A stretch of DNA of 63,478 nt, the filler included, from an uncultured Chlamydiae bacterium (lineage in GTDB: Bacteria; Chlamydiota; Chlamydiia; Chlamydiales; SM23-39), in the NCBI GenBank assembly GCA_937899275.1. It is 10 parts of 10 records of this genome, joined end to end, with 100 filler letters (N's around TTAATTAATTAA, not from the genome) between each part and the next. Parts side by side here need not be neighbours in the genome. Positions count along the whole stretch, not along the records: positions 1 to 1,782 come from CALBPE010000098.1; positions 1,883 to 19,905 come from CALBPE010000099.1; 8 more parts are not named here. The stretch is one strand, 5' to 3'. Position 1 is the stretch's first letter. Every line of letters begins with the position of its first letter. The position numbers and the translations under genes are program-made. The notes beneath the pieces are model-generated. The model ran no database searches, was not told where the DNA came from, and saw only the letters and a program-made list of their open reading frames with translations. Positions 1 to 10,485 of this stretch are shown piece by piece.

Positions 1-672
1 TAACTTATAACGAAGGTCGTTAAGATCTTTTTCTGTCCAACTCCCCTGCAAAGGGGCATAAGAATAAGATAAGATCGCATCCCGGACTTTTTTCTCAGAT
101 AATAGCGTCGCAGATAGAAAGTCTTCTGAAGGTTTTGCAAGTGAGATGGTTCCTTGATGCAAATACCCTGTTTTCTTTTTTCTTTGCGCAGCTCCAGCTA
201 CCTTCTTTCCATCAACAATGATGTCATATTTTGTAGGCTTAGCCATACAAAAAGGAACAGGCTCTTCGCTAAAGCCTGGCTTATTTGAAAAAAGCTGCAA
301 AGACTCTGCATAAAAGAATTCAAGTAAAGCGTTTTTAACAATTTCATTAACAAAGCGGTAATTTTCCAAAGAGTCTGAAGAAAAATATTTATTTGAAGAA
401 GGCAAAAGAAAGGAAAAAGCCATATCTGATCCATGATACACAATCCCACCACCTGTAGGTCTTCTGGCGATTTCGATCTTTCTTTTTTCCACTTCGCTTA
501 AATTGAGGTGCTTTTCAATAGAAGTGAAGTATCCATAAGTAAATGCAAGAGATTTCCATTCATAAAAATGGAGAATAGGATCCAGACTATCCGCTATAGA
601 ATTGAGCAAAAGCTCATCCATTTCCATGTTTTCTTTGGCGGAAGATGGCTTGGTTGCGAGGATTTGTAACAT
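1..672 (-). CDS. lplA: Lipoate-protein ligase A family protein (3' end runs off the window; not in the ORF track)
   Basis: Manual translation from ATG at 672: MLQILATKPSSAKENMEMDELLL...ARRPTGGGIVYHGSD...DGKKVAGAAQR...YLHQGTI. These are LplA motifs. Divergent from clpC as in chlamydiae. Confidence 0.88.
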   Translation of the reverse strand, partial: MLQILATKPSSAKENMEMDELLLNSIADSLDPILHFYEWKSLAFTYGYFTSIEKHLNLSEVEKRKIEIARRPTGGGIVYHGSDMAFSFLLPSSNKYFSSDSLENYRFVNEIVKNALLEFFYAESLQLFSNKPGFSEEPVPFCMAKPTKYDIIVDGKKVAGAAQRKKKTGYLHQGTISLAKPSEDFLSATLLSEKKVRDAILSYSYAPLQGSWTEKDLNDLRYKL

Positions 673-820
673 AGCTGTAATTGTGTTTTTGTAAGAATTT
701 TTTTTCAACAAAAATTGGGAAAAAGTTCCCTTTTTTGATTTTGGCGGCAAGTTTACAAAAATAGTAAAAATTGCTTACAATCACGGATAGAGCGAAGATT
801 TAAAAGAGGCGTGAAAATCC

Positions 821-1782
821 ATGTTCGACAAATTTACAAACAGAGCAAAGCAAGTAATCAAACTAGCAAAAAAAGAAGCTCAAAGACTTAACCACAACTA
901 CTTAGGAACAGAACACGTTTTACTAGGCCTTTTAAAACTTGGTCAAGGAATCGCGGTAAATGTTTTAAGAAATCTTAACCTTGACTACGAAACGATCCGC
1001 TCAGAGGTGGAAAAAGTTGTCGGCTTTGGACCAGAAATGCAAGTTTACGGGGACCCCGCGCTCACTGGAAAGGTCAAAAAGGTTTTCGAAACCTCCAACG
1101 AAGAGGCTCGCAACCTAAGTCATAATTATGTAGGGACAGAGCACCTTCTTTTAGCTCTTCTTCGTCAAACAGATGGCGTTGCAGCTCAGGTCTTAGAGAA
1201 CCTCAACGTCAATCTAAAAGAGATTCGAAAAGAAGTTTTAAAAGAGCTAGAAACATTCAACTTACAACTTCCTCCGATGGGAGGCGCGGAAGCCCCTCCC
1301 ATTAATCCGAAGACCTCGTCTGAAAGGGCCACAAACGCTTCGGACAAAACCCCCGCCCTCAAAGCTTATGGACACGATCTAACTGAGCTAAGCCGCGAAG
1401 GCAAAATGGATCCAGTGATCGGAAGACAAGAAGAAGTGGAAAGGCTCATTCAAATTCTTTGTAGAAGAAGAAAAAACAATCCTGTTTTGATTGGAGAGGC
1501 CGGTGTAGGGAAAACAGCGATTGTTGAAGGGCTTGCGCAAGCGATTGTCAGCGGCGATGTCCCAGCCAACCTTCGCAATAAACGGCTGATTTCTTTAGCT
1601 CTTACTTTAATGATCGCTGGAACAAAGTACCGGGGTCAGTTCGAAGAAAGGATCAAAGCGGTGATGGATGAGATACGTAAAAACGGCAATATCCTCCTTT
1701 TCATCGATGAGCTACACACCATTGTTGGAGCCGGTGCTGCAGAAGGCGCTATTGACGCTTCAAACATTTTGAAGCCCGCCCT
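821..1782 (+). CDS. clpC: ATP-dependent Clp protease ATP-binding subunit ClpC (N-terminal part, cut by contig end)
   Basis: [12 protein letters not shown] start, double Clp-N repeat (GTEH x2), Walker A GEAGVGKT, Walker B LFIDELH. Confidence 0.95.
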
Positions 1783-1882
1783 NNNNNNNNNNNNNNNNNN
1801 NNNNNNNNNNNNNNNNNNNNNNNNNNTTAATTAATTAANNNNNNNNNNNNNNNNNNNNNNNNNNNNNNNNNNNNNNNNNNNN
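1783..1882. other. Artificial contig-joining linker
   Basis: 100 nt of N with central TTAATTAATTAA; the same spacer occurs nine times. Confidence 0.98.
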
Positions 1883-2667
1883 AAGAAGAAGGGATTTTGC
1901 GCGACGTTGTGCAAAATCATATGATGCAGCTGCTTTCTTTAACTGCTATGGAGCCGCCTTCTCATCTTTCTGCCGATGCTATTCGAGATGAAAAAGTAAA
2001 AGTACTCGAATGCATACGCCCCTTTTCTCAATCAGACGCGGAACATTTTTTTGTGCGAGGACAGTATGGAGAAGGTTTTGTAGAAGGAATAAAAGTCAAC
2101 GGCTATAGGCAAGAAAAAGATGTCTCTCCGCAGTCGACGATCGAAACATTCATCGCGCTAAAAGTCTCGATCGACAACTGGAGATGGGCAGGTGTGCCGT
2201 TTTACTTAAGAGCAGGCAAAAGGCTGCCCAAAAGAAGTACAGAAATCGCCATTGTATTTAAAGACGCGCCTGGAAGCTTATTTAAAACGCAGGGAAAAAA
2301 CACCCCAAATGTACTAGCAATCCGCATCCAGCCAGATGAGGGTATTTCCATCAAAGTCAACTGCAAAGTCCCAGGACCTGAAAGCCCTATACAGCCCGTG
2401 AAAATGGATTTTCGCTATGGAAGCTATTTTGGAAAGGCCCCTCCAGAAGCCTATGAACGGCTCCTTTGGGACTGTATGTTAGGAGATACCACGCTTTTTG
2501 CCCGAGCAGACGAAGTGAAGTATTCTTGGGACTTTTTCACTCCTATCTTACAGTTTGCAGAAAACAACCCTGGTACAACATTTCCCAATTACCCTGCAGG
2601 GTCTTGGGGACCTAAAGAAGCAGATGATCTGATGAAAAAAGAAGGTAGAGCTTGGAGGCTTCTTTGA
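1883..2667 (+). CDS. zwf: Glucose-6-phosphate 1-dehydrogenase (C-terminal part)
   Basis: RDVVQNHMMQLL, DNWRWAGVPFYLRAGKRL, RIQPDEG, PEAYERLL, YPAGSWGP motifs. Confidence 0.96.
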
Positions 2668-3722
2668 CAGCGCAAACCATTGTTGCCCCGGAAAAAATTG
2701 AGTCTACCCTCATTGAAATGTGGAGCGCACTTGCTAAACAAAATAAAACAAGAGCCTGCTTATTTAACCTCATCGTATATGCAGAACAAAGCGCTAGGTC
2801 TGATGTATTTCGCGAAGTTATCTACAAGGTAATCGAAAATTACCCTTGTAGGATTATATTTTTATCAAAAGATCCGCAAAAAGGATCTTCTTATATTAAA
2901 ACAGCTGTATCTGTTATAGACAGCAAAGAAGGATCGGATACCGCCTGCGATAGCATTGATGTAGGCTTTAGCCTTTCTAAAGAAGAAGAGGTTTTTTTTC
3001 TCATTTTACCTCATATCGTAACCGACCTTCCGATTCATCTTCTTTGGCTTGATGCTCCCTCTTTTGATCATCCCCTATTTGCAAAATTAGAGCCTTTAGT
3101 CGATAGAGTGATCTTCGACGCGGGCTCTTCTCCTGATCTATACAGCTTTTTACAAGATATCTTTGCGTATCTACCTAAGCGCTCATCCGACCTTTCTGAT
3201 CTCAACTGGACAAGAATCGCACCTTGGCAAAGGCTGGTTCAAGGAGAGTTTCGTACTGAAGAAGAAAAAGTGCATCTAGCAAACTCGAATACGGTATGCA
3301 TTTCTTATAACGCAGAAAAAAGTGCGTATATCCCCCATCCTGCATCAGAGGCGATCTACTTTGCTTTTTGGCTGGCATCCTTGATGAAGTGGACAATCCA
3401 AAAAAGAGAAAAAAACGCGTTTGTATTCTTACAGGGAACAATCCAGATAGAAGAAAAACGGGAAAAAACGCAGCGACCAGGCTCGATATTAGACGTGGAG
3501 ATGAAAGGAGAAAAAACCCATTTTTCCTTTTCAAGAAATAGAGAAAGCGGTGGAGAGATCCGCATACAAGTGACCCTACCTAACCAGTGTTTTCTTCCTA
3601 AAACGATGACGCTAAAAAAAGGGTCGAGAGGCGCCTCTTTATCTAAAGAGATGCTAAAAAAACAAACAGATCATGAGTATTTACATATGATCGAATCGAT
3701 GCAAAAATTATTGGGACAATAG
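2652..3722 (+). CDS. opcA: G6PD assembly/activator protein OpcA-like
   Basis: RACLFNLIVY, PCRII, DLPIHLLW, DRVIFD and DLNWTRIAPW motifs; lies between zwf and pgl. Confidence 0.8.
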   Translation: MEASLTAQTIVAPEKIESTLIEMWSALAKQNKTRACLFNLIVYAEQSARSDVFREVIYKVIENYPCRIIFLSKDPQKGSSYIKTAVSVIDSKEGSDTACDSIDVGFSLSKEEEVFFLILPHIVTDLPIHLLWLDAPSFDHPLFAKLEPLVDRVIFDAGSSPDLYSFLQDIFAYLPKRSSDLSDLNWTRIAPWQRLVQGEFRTEEEKVHLANSNTVCISYNAEKSAYIPHPASEAIYFAFWLASLMKWTIQKREKNAFVFLQGTIQIEEKREKTQRPGSILDVEMKGEKTHFSFSRNRESGGEIRIQVTLPNQCFLPKTMTLKKGSRGASLSKEMLKKQTDHEYLHMIESMQKLLGQ

Positions 3723-3726
3723 ATAA

Positions 3727-4479
3727 ATGGTCGACATATACACTACAGAAAAACAGCAATTCATCGTACCTGGAGATGCAGAAAAAACTATACAGTATAT
3801 CTGCGAAAGCTTTGTAAGTTATGCGAAAAGCGCAGTAGAAAAACAAGGGAAATTAACCATTGCTCTTTCGGGGGGATCTACTCCAAAAGCGCTTTTTCAA
3901 GCCATTACAAAAGAGCCATACGCAGCAGAGATTCCATGGGAAAAGCTCTGGATTTTTTGGAGTGATGAAAGAGCAAAACCTTTAACAGATCCAGAGAGTA
4001 ATTACCATACAGCGATGGCTTTAGGCAACCTGCAAAATATGCCCATTCCCAAAACGCAAATTTTTCCCATGAAAGTGGAAACTCTACCAGAAGAGCATGC
4101 AAAAAACTACCAACTCTGTATAGAAAAACATCTTGGCGATCCGTTATTTGATCTTGTGATGTTAGGAGTTGGAGAAGATGGCCATACCGCTTCTCTTTTT
4201 CCAGGAGAAAGCGCTGTAGATGAAAAACATAGACTTGTGGTCTCTTATTTTGTCAAAGCAAAAAACATGTGGAGAATGACGCTTACATTGCCCTGCATCA
4301 ACCGCAGTCAAAAGGCGGTATTTATTGCTTTAGGAAAATACAAAGCCCCTATTGTCCACACAATTTTAGAGGAAAAAATGTGTCATCTACCCGCGGCAAA
4401 AGTGGGCTCTTCAACAAAAAAAGCTCTATGGATTGTCGATAACGAAGCGGCTATGTTACTATCAAAAGATGGTAAATAA
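3727..4479 (+). CDS. pgl: 6-phosphogluconolactonase
   Basis: ALSGGSTP, FWSDER, LGVGEDGHTASLFP motifs. Confidence 0.95.
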   Translation: MVDIYTTEKQQFIVPGDAEKTIQYICESFVSYAKSAVEKQGKLTIALSGGSTPKALFQAITKEPYAAEIPWEKLWIFWSDERAKPLTDPESNYHTAMALGNLQNMPIPKTQIFPMKVETLPEEHAKNYQLCIEKHLGDPLFDLVMLGVGEDGHTASLFPGESAVDEKHRLVVSYFVKAKNMWRMTLTLPCINRSQKAVFIALGKYKAPIVHTILEEKMCHLPAAKVGSSTKKALWIVDNEAAMLLSKDGK

Positions 4480-5482
4480 ATCTCGATTTCTTTGTTTAGC
4501 AATAGAAACAAGCTGCGATGATACCTGCGCAGCTGTTGTACAAAATGCAAAAACCATTTTATCAAATGTGATCGCCTCACAAGATGCGATCCACGCAGAG
4601 TATGGCGGAGTTTTCCCCGAAATAGCTGCTCGAGAGCATATCCAAAACCTTCTTCCCGTACTAGAAAAAGCGCTGAAAGAAGCAGGCGTATCTCTACAAG
4701 AGATTGATCTTTTTGCAGCAACAAAAGGCCCCGGCCTGATCAACTCGCTTCTCACAGGACTTGGAACAGCAAAAACCCTTTCCCTAGCAATGAATAAGCC
4801 TTTAATTGGCGTCAATCATATTGAAGCGCATCTGTACCCCGCTTTACTAAAAAACGCCACTTTTCCCGCTATCGGAGCGATTCTTTCGGGAGGCCATACC
4901 CTTTTTGTGCTGATTGAATCGATCGGAGTATATAAGCTCATCGCATCGACGGTAGATGATGCAATTGGAGAGGCATTTGATAAAGTAGCGCACCTTCTTG
5001 GCTACCCCTACCCTGGAGGTAAAACCATCGAAAAGCTCGCTGCAAAAGGAGATGCATCTACCCACTCGTTTCGCGCGGGATACGTGAAGAAATCTCCCCT
5101 CTTTTTTTCTTTTAGCGGGCTAAAAACAGCGGTTCGCTACCAGATACCTCCTCACAAAAACCTGACAGAAAAAATGCAGTGCGATATCGCGGCCTCTTTT
5201 CAAAAAGCGGCTTTTGCAGATATCGTGCAAAAATTAGAAAAAGCGCAAAATCTATACCAGGCATCTTCTTTTGTTTTTGGTGGCGGCGTGGTGCAAAATC
5301 AGTTTTTTCAAAAAATGTGTAAAGAAACCTTTACAACAGTCCCCTGCTACTTTCCAGAAGCCAAGCTATCTACAGATAACGCCGCGATGATCGGGCTTTT
5401 AGGCTCTTTACTCTGGAAACAAGGTAAAAAGGATTCTTTAGAGCTAAAAGCCTCCTCTAGACTGCCTTTTTTCCTTGTATGA
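4469..5482 (+). CDS. tsaD: tRNA N6-threonylcarbamoyladenosine transferase TsaD
   Basis: AIETSCDDT, GGVFPEIAAREH, VNHIEAH, SGGHT, DDAIGEAFDK, TDNAAMI. ATG at 4469 preferred as start. Confidence 0.96.
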   Translation: MVNKSRFLCLAIETSCDDTCAAVVQNAKTILSNVIASQDAIHAEYGGVFPEIAAREHIQNLLPVLEKALKEAGVSLQEIDLFAATKGPGLINSLLTGLGTAKTLSLAMNKPLIGVNHIEAHLYPALLKNATFPAIGAILSGGHTLFVLIESIGVYKLIASTVDDAIGEAFDKVAHLLGYPYPGGKTIEKLAAKGDASTHSFRAGYVKKSPLFFSFSGLKTAVRYQIPPHKNLTEKMQCDIAASFQKAAFADIVQKLEKAQNLYQASSFVFGGGVVQNQFFQKMCKETFTTVPCYFPEAKLSTDNAAMIGLLGSLLWKQGKKDSLELKASSRLPFFLV

Positions 5483-5527
5483 ATGGCAATTTTATCGTAA
5501 AATTTGGTAAAATAAAGGATTATTGTT

Positions 5528-5695
5528 ATGGCTAAAAACAAAAAAGGTGCAAGAGAAACCATCCAACTGAAAAGCACAGAAAGTGCAGAATGTTACTGGA
5601 CTGTGAAAAACAAACGCAACACCACAGAGCGCCTCGAACTACGCAAGTTTGATAAAAGCAAAAGAAAACATGTGATATTCAAGGAAAAAAAATAG
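5528..5695 (+). CDS. rpmG: 50S ribosomal protein L33 (55 aa, below ORF-track cutoff)
   Basis: Manual translation [55 protein letters not shown]. Confidence 0.95.
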   Translation: MAKNKKGARETIQLKSTESAECYWTVKNKRNTTERLELRKFDKSKRKHVIFKEKK

Positions 5696-5705
5696 TCTAA
5701 CTATT

Positions 5706-7622
5706 TTGTTCATATATAAACTAATAACAAAATATTTACTTCCTACAAAAAAATCTTTGAGCGCCTCTTTTATTGCGCTCTTATCCCTTCTAGTTACATC
5801 TACGGTTGTCTGGCTGCTACTTGTTTTTTTATCCGTTACTAGGGGCATTGAAACAAACTGGCTAAAAAAACTCACCTCCGTACATGCCCCTTTAAGGGTT
5901 TATCCTACAAAAGCATATTATGACTCTTTGTACTACAAAGCAGATGCTTTCGGTGAAAATGAAAAAAAAACCCTTCGGGAAAAATGGGAAGAGTCTGACT
6001 CTGAAAAGAAAAACCAACCCGACTTGGTAAAAGAGCTCTACTGGACGCTGCAGGATTTAGAAAAAACGGGCTCTTTGCATTTTCAAGATTATGAGTGCTC
6101 CCCTGCTCTTTTACGTCTGCAGCTTCTTCGAAAGCAATCTACCAGCCAGATTTCACAGATGTCTTATGCTGTTTCTTTCCCTCAAAAAAATCCCACCTTA
6201 TCAAGCATTTTGCTGCCTCCCTCATCAAATGATCTAGCCTATGTAGTTTCCACCCTCCGCTCTAAAGAAGCGTTAGAGCGGTTTTTTCTTCACGCTAGAA
6301 TAGAAAAGGGATGGCTAAAAAAAGGCTCGGGCTTTTCTTGGAAGCTATTAGAAAAAGGCTCCTACCCATGTCTTTGTAAAAAAAACGGCTCCATCGAACA
6401 AATCATTTTGCAAAAAGAAGTCGGCAGCTTTTCTGGATTTGAGAAGGCAACTTTAGTCATAGCAAAGCGCTCTTATGTAAAAATAGGCGAAAAAATATGC
6501 GATCTTTCTCCAAAAACCATGCTTTTTTGGGGACAAAATGCCCCCTGCCAGATCGTTGTAGATCAAACTTCTTTCCAAGAGGCTACAACGGTTTACGATC
6601 TTAGATTTTTTGCCACGACATCTTTTAATGGAACCGTTTTTTCGATTCCCGTCTTTTACCAAGCGCTTGATCAAGTGGAGTTTTTTGCTCGCACAACCTT
6701 TCATAAAAAACCCAAAACCGCCCCTCTTTGGGCCTACCAAGTGCAAAACCTATGGCATCTACCACAAGGGCCAGATGGAGCTACGCAAGCCGTCATATTG
6801 CCAAAAAGCTACCAAAAATCTCATGTTTTTTTAGGCGATCAAGGGCATTTTTCTTTTATTGGATCGAGCTTTAGCTCTGCTCAAGAAATGCAGCTTCCCC
6901 TCTATGTAGCTGGCTTTTATGATCCGGGGATGATTCCTATCGGGCATCGCTGCATTTTCACAAGTCAAGAAATCACCGAAACCATCATGGGCTCTTCTGC
7001 CCATTTATCTCTTGATACCGCAGCGCAAAACGGGTTATTTGTTTGGTCTGATCTACACAAAGTAGATCCATTAAAAAGAGAGATTCAAAAAAGGCTACAA
7101 GAAAAGGGATTAACAAAATATTGGCATGTAGAAACCTTCCGAGAATACCCCTTTGCGAAAGAGCTTTTAGCGCAATTTCAAAGCGACCGGACGCTATTTA
7201 TGATTGTGGGTATCATTATGATTGTGGTTGCCTGCTCAAATATTGTCTCGATGCTATTAGTCTTAGTCAAAGAAAAAAGGAGAGAAATTGCTATTTTGCG
7301 CTCTTTAGGCGCTTCCAAAACCAGTATAGGAGCGGTATTTGGTCTAGTAGGGATGATTTTAGGCGCACTTGGCAGCGTCGTTGGCACCTTATTTGCCATC
7401 ATTACTTTAAGGTATTTAGATAGCTTTATTGCGATGTTAAGCTGGCTACAGGGAAAAAAAGCGTTTCAAGCCGCATTTTTTGGAGATAGCTTTACCTATA
7501 CCCTAAGCGCTGATGCAGCGGTTTTTCTTCTTATACTTACTCCTGTAGCCTCTTTACTTGCAGGTCTTATTCCTGCAATAAAAGCAAGCCGCATGAACCC
7601 CTCTAAGATACTCCGCTCATGA
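5706..7622 (+). CDS. LolC/E-type (FtsX family) ABC permease with long periplasmic region
   Basis: N-terminal TM helix; C-terminal IVVACSNIVSMLLVLVKEKRREIAILRSLGA and PAIKASRMNP; followed by an ABC ATPase. Confidence 0.85.
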   Translation: MFIYKLITKYLLPTKKSLSASFIALLSLLVTSTVVWLLLVFLSVTRGIETNWLKKLTSVHAPLRVYPTKAYYDSLYYKADAFGENEKKTLREKWEESDSEKKNQPDLVKELYWTLQDLEKTGSLHFQDYECSPALLRLQLLRKQSTSQISQMSYAVSFPQKNPTLSSILLPPSSNDLAYVVSTLRSKEALERFFLHARIEKGWLKKGSGFSWKLLEKGSYPCLCKKNGSIEQIILQKEVGSFSGFEKATLVIAKRSYVKIGEKICDLSPKTMLFWGQNAPCQIVVDQTSFQEATTVYDLRFFATTSFNGTVFSIPVFYQALDQVEFFARTTFHKKPKTAPLWAYQVQNLWHLPQGPDGATQAVILPKSYQKSHVFLGDQGHFSFIGSSFSSAQEMQLPLYVAGFYDPGMIPIGHRCIFTSQEITETIMGSSAHLSLDTAAQNGLFVWSDLHKVDPLKREIQKRLQEKGLTKYWHVETFREYPFAKELLAQFQSDRTLFMIVGIIMIVVACSNIVSMLLVLVKEKRREIAILRSLGASKTSIGAVFGLVGMILGALGSVVGTLFAIITLRYLDSFIAMLSWLQGKKAFQAAFFGDSFTYTLSADAAVFLLILTPVASLLAGLIPAIKASRMNPSKILRS

Positions 7623-8266
7623 AGACAATCGAAGTAAAAGGCATTACAAAAGCATTTGGCAGCGCATCGGTTTTAAAGGGCGTATCGTTTCACGCTTCTG
7701 CCGGCTCTTCTTTAGCTATTATGGGCTCTTCTGGTGAAGGGAAAACCTCTCTTTTACATATACTAGGTGGATTAGATTCTTTTGACAAAGGATCCATCCA
7801 TATTATGGGAAAAGACCTCGCAAAAGACCCTCTGGGCATGCGAAGAAAGCATATTGGATTTATATTTCAGTCGTATCAGCTGCTAGATGAATTTTCCCTT
7901 TTAGATAATATTTTGATGCCGTTTTTTATCACCAAAAACACCTCTTTTGTCAAAGCCCATGAAAGAGCGGAAGCTCTTTTACAAAAAGTGAACCTGCATA
8001 AAAAAAAACAGCAAAAAGCAGCGCTTCTTTCTGGAGGCGAAAAACAAAGAGCAGCGATTGCAAGAGCGCTGATGAATAACCCCGATATTCTTCTTGCAGA
8101 TGAACCTACAGGAAATTTAGATAGGCAGCATTCAGAAGAGATTTATGATCTTCTTTTATCCTGCGCACATGAACTTGGCAAAACCGTTGTCATTGTCACG
8201 CATGATGAACAGCTCGCTTCTTTATGCCAAGAAAAACGGTTGCTTCAAGACGGCCTTCTTCGGTAA
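7619..8266 (+). CDS. lolD: LolD-type ABC transporter ATP-binding protein
   Basis: GSSGEGKT, LSGGEKQR, LLADEPTGNLD, VTHD. Confidence 0.85.
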   Translation: MKTIEVKGITKAFGSASVLKGVSFHASAGSSLAIMGSSGEGKTSLLHILGGLDSFDKGSIHIMGKDLAKDPLGMRRKHIGFIFQSYQLLDEFSLLDNILMPFFITKNTSFVKAHERAEALLQKVNLHKKKQQKAALLSGGEKQRAAIARALMNNPDILLADEPTGNLDRQHSEEIYDLLLSCAHELGKTVVIVTHDEQLASLCQEKRLLQDGLLR

Positions 8267-8275
8267 GATACCGGT

Positions 8276-9637
8276 ATGGATATTTTGATCATAGGCTCTG
8301 GTTATGTGGGCCTTGTTACAGCTGCATGTTTTGCCAGTATGGGACACATAGTCCACTGTTTTGACATCGACCAAGAAAAAATTGCGCAACTACGGCGAGG
8401 CATATCCCCAATTTATGAGCCGGGACTACAAGAGCTGATGCAGCAGTCTGTTCAAGGAAATAGGCTGTTTTTTCACCATACATATCCTAAACTCAAAACA
8501 ATCGATGTTGCTTTTCTCTGCGTTTCCACACCATCAAATGAAGATGGCTCTTGCAACACCTCTTATCTAGAAAAAGCAGCTATAGATCTTGCAAAACACC
8601 TTGAAGAAACCACTCTGATTGTCAATAAATCGACTGCTCCTATTGGAACTACTCGCAAACTAAAAGGTTTGATCCAAAAACACAGTTCTACCAAGGCGCG
8701 GTTTAAGATAGCAAGCAATCCTGAATTTTTAAAAGAAGGGTCTGCTATTTCCGACTGTATGAAACCCGACAGGATCATTATTGGGGTAGACGATCCGATA
8801 AGCGAATCGATCCTTCGCAAATTATACGCACCTTTTACCATGAGTTTTGAAAGAGTGCTTGTGACAGATATCGCTTCTGCTGAACTGATAAAGTATGCGT
8901 CTAATGCAGCTCTTAGCGCTAGAATTTCTTTTGCTAATGAAATCGCTAAGATCTCAGAAAAAATCGGAGCAGATATGGATAGCGTCAGAAGAGGCATCGG
9001 CTCTGATACGCGCATCGGCTACCACTTTCTATACGCAGGACTAGGCTATGGAGGGTCGTGTTTTCCTAAAGATATCCGCGCTTTAATCCATCTAGCCAAA
9101 GAGCTCGAAGTAAAGACCCCTTTATTAGAAGCGGTAGAAACGGTAAATAACCGGCAAAAGCTTTTGGCAATACAAATACTAGAAACACATTTTGCTCCAT
9201 TTGGAGGCTTAGAAAATAAAACCATTGCCATTTGGGGTCTTTCCTTTAAACCCGATACAGACGATGTAAGAGAAGCTCCAGCTAAAGTGATTTTAGAGCA
9301 CCTGCAGAAAAAAGGTGTGCAAATCCGCACATTTGACCCCGTAGCTATGGAGAATATGCGTAAAGCGCTTGCGTCTACAAAAGGACTGACATTTTGTAAA
9401 AACGCCTATGATGCAGCAAAAGATGCCGATGCAATTTGCCTAGTTACAGAGTGGAAGGAATTTCGTTTAATTGACTTTAGTAAAATTGCCGCAAAAAAAC
9501 AGGCCCTTGTCCTAGATGGTCGCAATCAATATGATCAACAGGAACTTACAAAATATGGATTTATCTACGTTGGTATCGGAAAAAGTGCTAAAACGGCTAC
9601 AGCAGCTGTTAACGAACCTGCATGTTCCTTATCCTAA
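8276..9637 (+). CDS. ugd: UDP-glucose 6-dehydrogenase
   Basis: GSGYVG, SNPEFLKEG, GYGGSCFPKD, FKPDTDDVRE. Confidence 0.95.
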   Translation: MDILIIGSGYVGLVTAACFASMGHIVHCFDIDQEKIAQLRRGISPIYEPGLQELMQQSVQGNRLFFHHTYPKLKTIDVAFLCVSTPSNEDGSCNTSYLEKAAIDLAKHLEETTLIVNKSTAPIGTTRKLKGLIQKHSSTKARFKIASNPEFLKEGSAISDCMKPDRIIIGVDDPISESILRKLYAPFTMSFERVLVTDIASAELIKYASNAALSARISFANEIAKISEKIGADMDSVRRGIGSDTRIGYHFLYAGLGYGGSCFPKDIRALIHLAKELEVKTPLLEAVETVNNRQKLLAIQILETHFAPFGGLENKTIAIWGLSFKPDTDDVREAPAKVILEHLQKKGVQIRTFDPVAMENMRKALASTKGLTFCKNAYDAAKDADAICLVTEWKEFRLIDFSKIAAKKQALVLDGRNQYDQQELTKYGFIYVGIGKSAKTATAAVNEPACSLS

Positions 9638-10472
9638 TGCAAGTGTAGAAGAAATGCTGACCTACTGCTTTACAGCAAAGGGGAAGAAAATTCGTCCTCA
9701 GCTTGTGATTCTATCTGCTGCGGTATTTGGAGCCTCCTTAGAAGAAGCTTTAGATCCGGCCATCGCTATAGAGTGCATCCACTTATATTCTTGTATACAT
9801 GATGATCTGCCTTGCATGGATGATGATGACTGGAGAAGAGGCGTGCCTTCTTTACATAAAGTCTATGGAGAAGCAGAGGCCCTGCTAGCTGGAGACGCTC
9901 TTCTAACATTTGCTTTCAGCATCTTAGCAAAATGTTCATTGCCCAGCGAAATCAAGATAGAGTTAATCCAGATACTTGCCCAAAAAGCAGGAGCAAAAGG
10001 GATGATTGCAGGGCAATTGTTCGATATACGATCTAATAATACGCCTCTTGAAGAAAAACATCTGCTGTATATGCATGAGCAAAAAACAGGAGCTCTTTTT
10101 TCTGCATCTACCCTTTTTGGAGCGGTTATTGGAGCCGCTACAAAAAAACAAAAAACAGCAATGGAGCAGTTTGGCAGCTACCTAGGTATTGCCTACCAAA
10201 TCAAAGATGATCTTTTAGATGTGATCGGATCGGAAAAAGAAATGGGAAAACCCGTAGGTTCTGATGCAAAAAATGCAAAAAGTACAAGCGCCTCTTTATA
10301 CGGCATAGAAGCTGCAGAAAAAAAAGCAAAACTATGGTATGATGCGGCTATAGACTCGCTGGAAAAAGCGTCTGAGGCGCCTTTTCCGCAGTCGACTGAA
10401 AAAGAAATATCTGCAGAAGCAATCAACTCATTAAAAGAGCTGGTGCATAAATTGGTAGATAGAACGACTTAA
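9555..10472 (+). CDS. ispA: Polyprenyl (farnesyl/geranylgeranyl) diphosphate synthase
   Basis: GKKIRP, HDDLPCMDDDDWRRG, QIKDDLLD, GKPVGSD. Start uncertain; overlaps the ugd end. Confidence 0.88.
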   Translation: MDLSTLVSEKVLKRLQQLLTNLHVPYPNASVEEMLTYCFTAKGKKIRPQLVILSAAVFGASLEEALDPAIAIECIHLYSCIHDDLPCMDDDDWRRGVPSLHKVYGEAEALLAGDALLTFAFSILAKCSLPSEIKIELIQILAQKAGAKGMIAGQLFDIRSNNTPLEEKHLLYMHEQKTGALFSASTLFGAVIGAATKKQKTAMEQFGSYLGIAYQIKDDLLDVIGSEKEMGKPVGSDAKNAKSTSASLYGIEAAEKKAKLWYDAAIDSLEKASEAPFPQSTEKEISAEAINSLKELVHKLVDRTT

Positions 10473-10485
10473 CCCCGTAGATTTT

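Noticed and set aside
1783..1882. Recurring palindromic TTAATTAATTAA inside N-runs (nine copies)
   Set aside because: Fixed 100-nt stop-codon spacer used to concatenate contigs; not biological.
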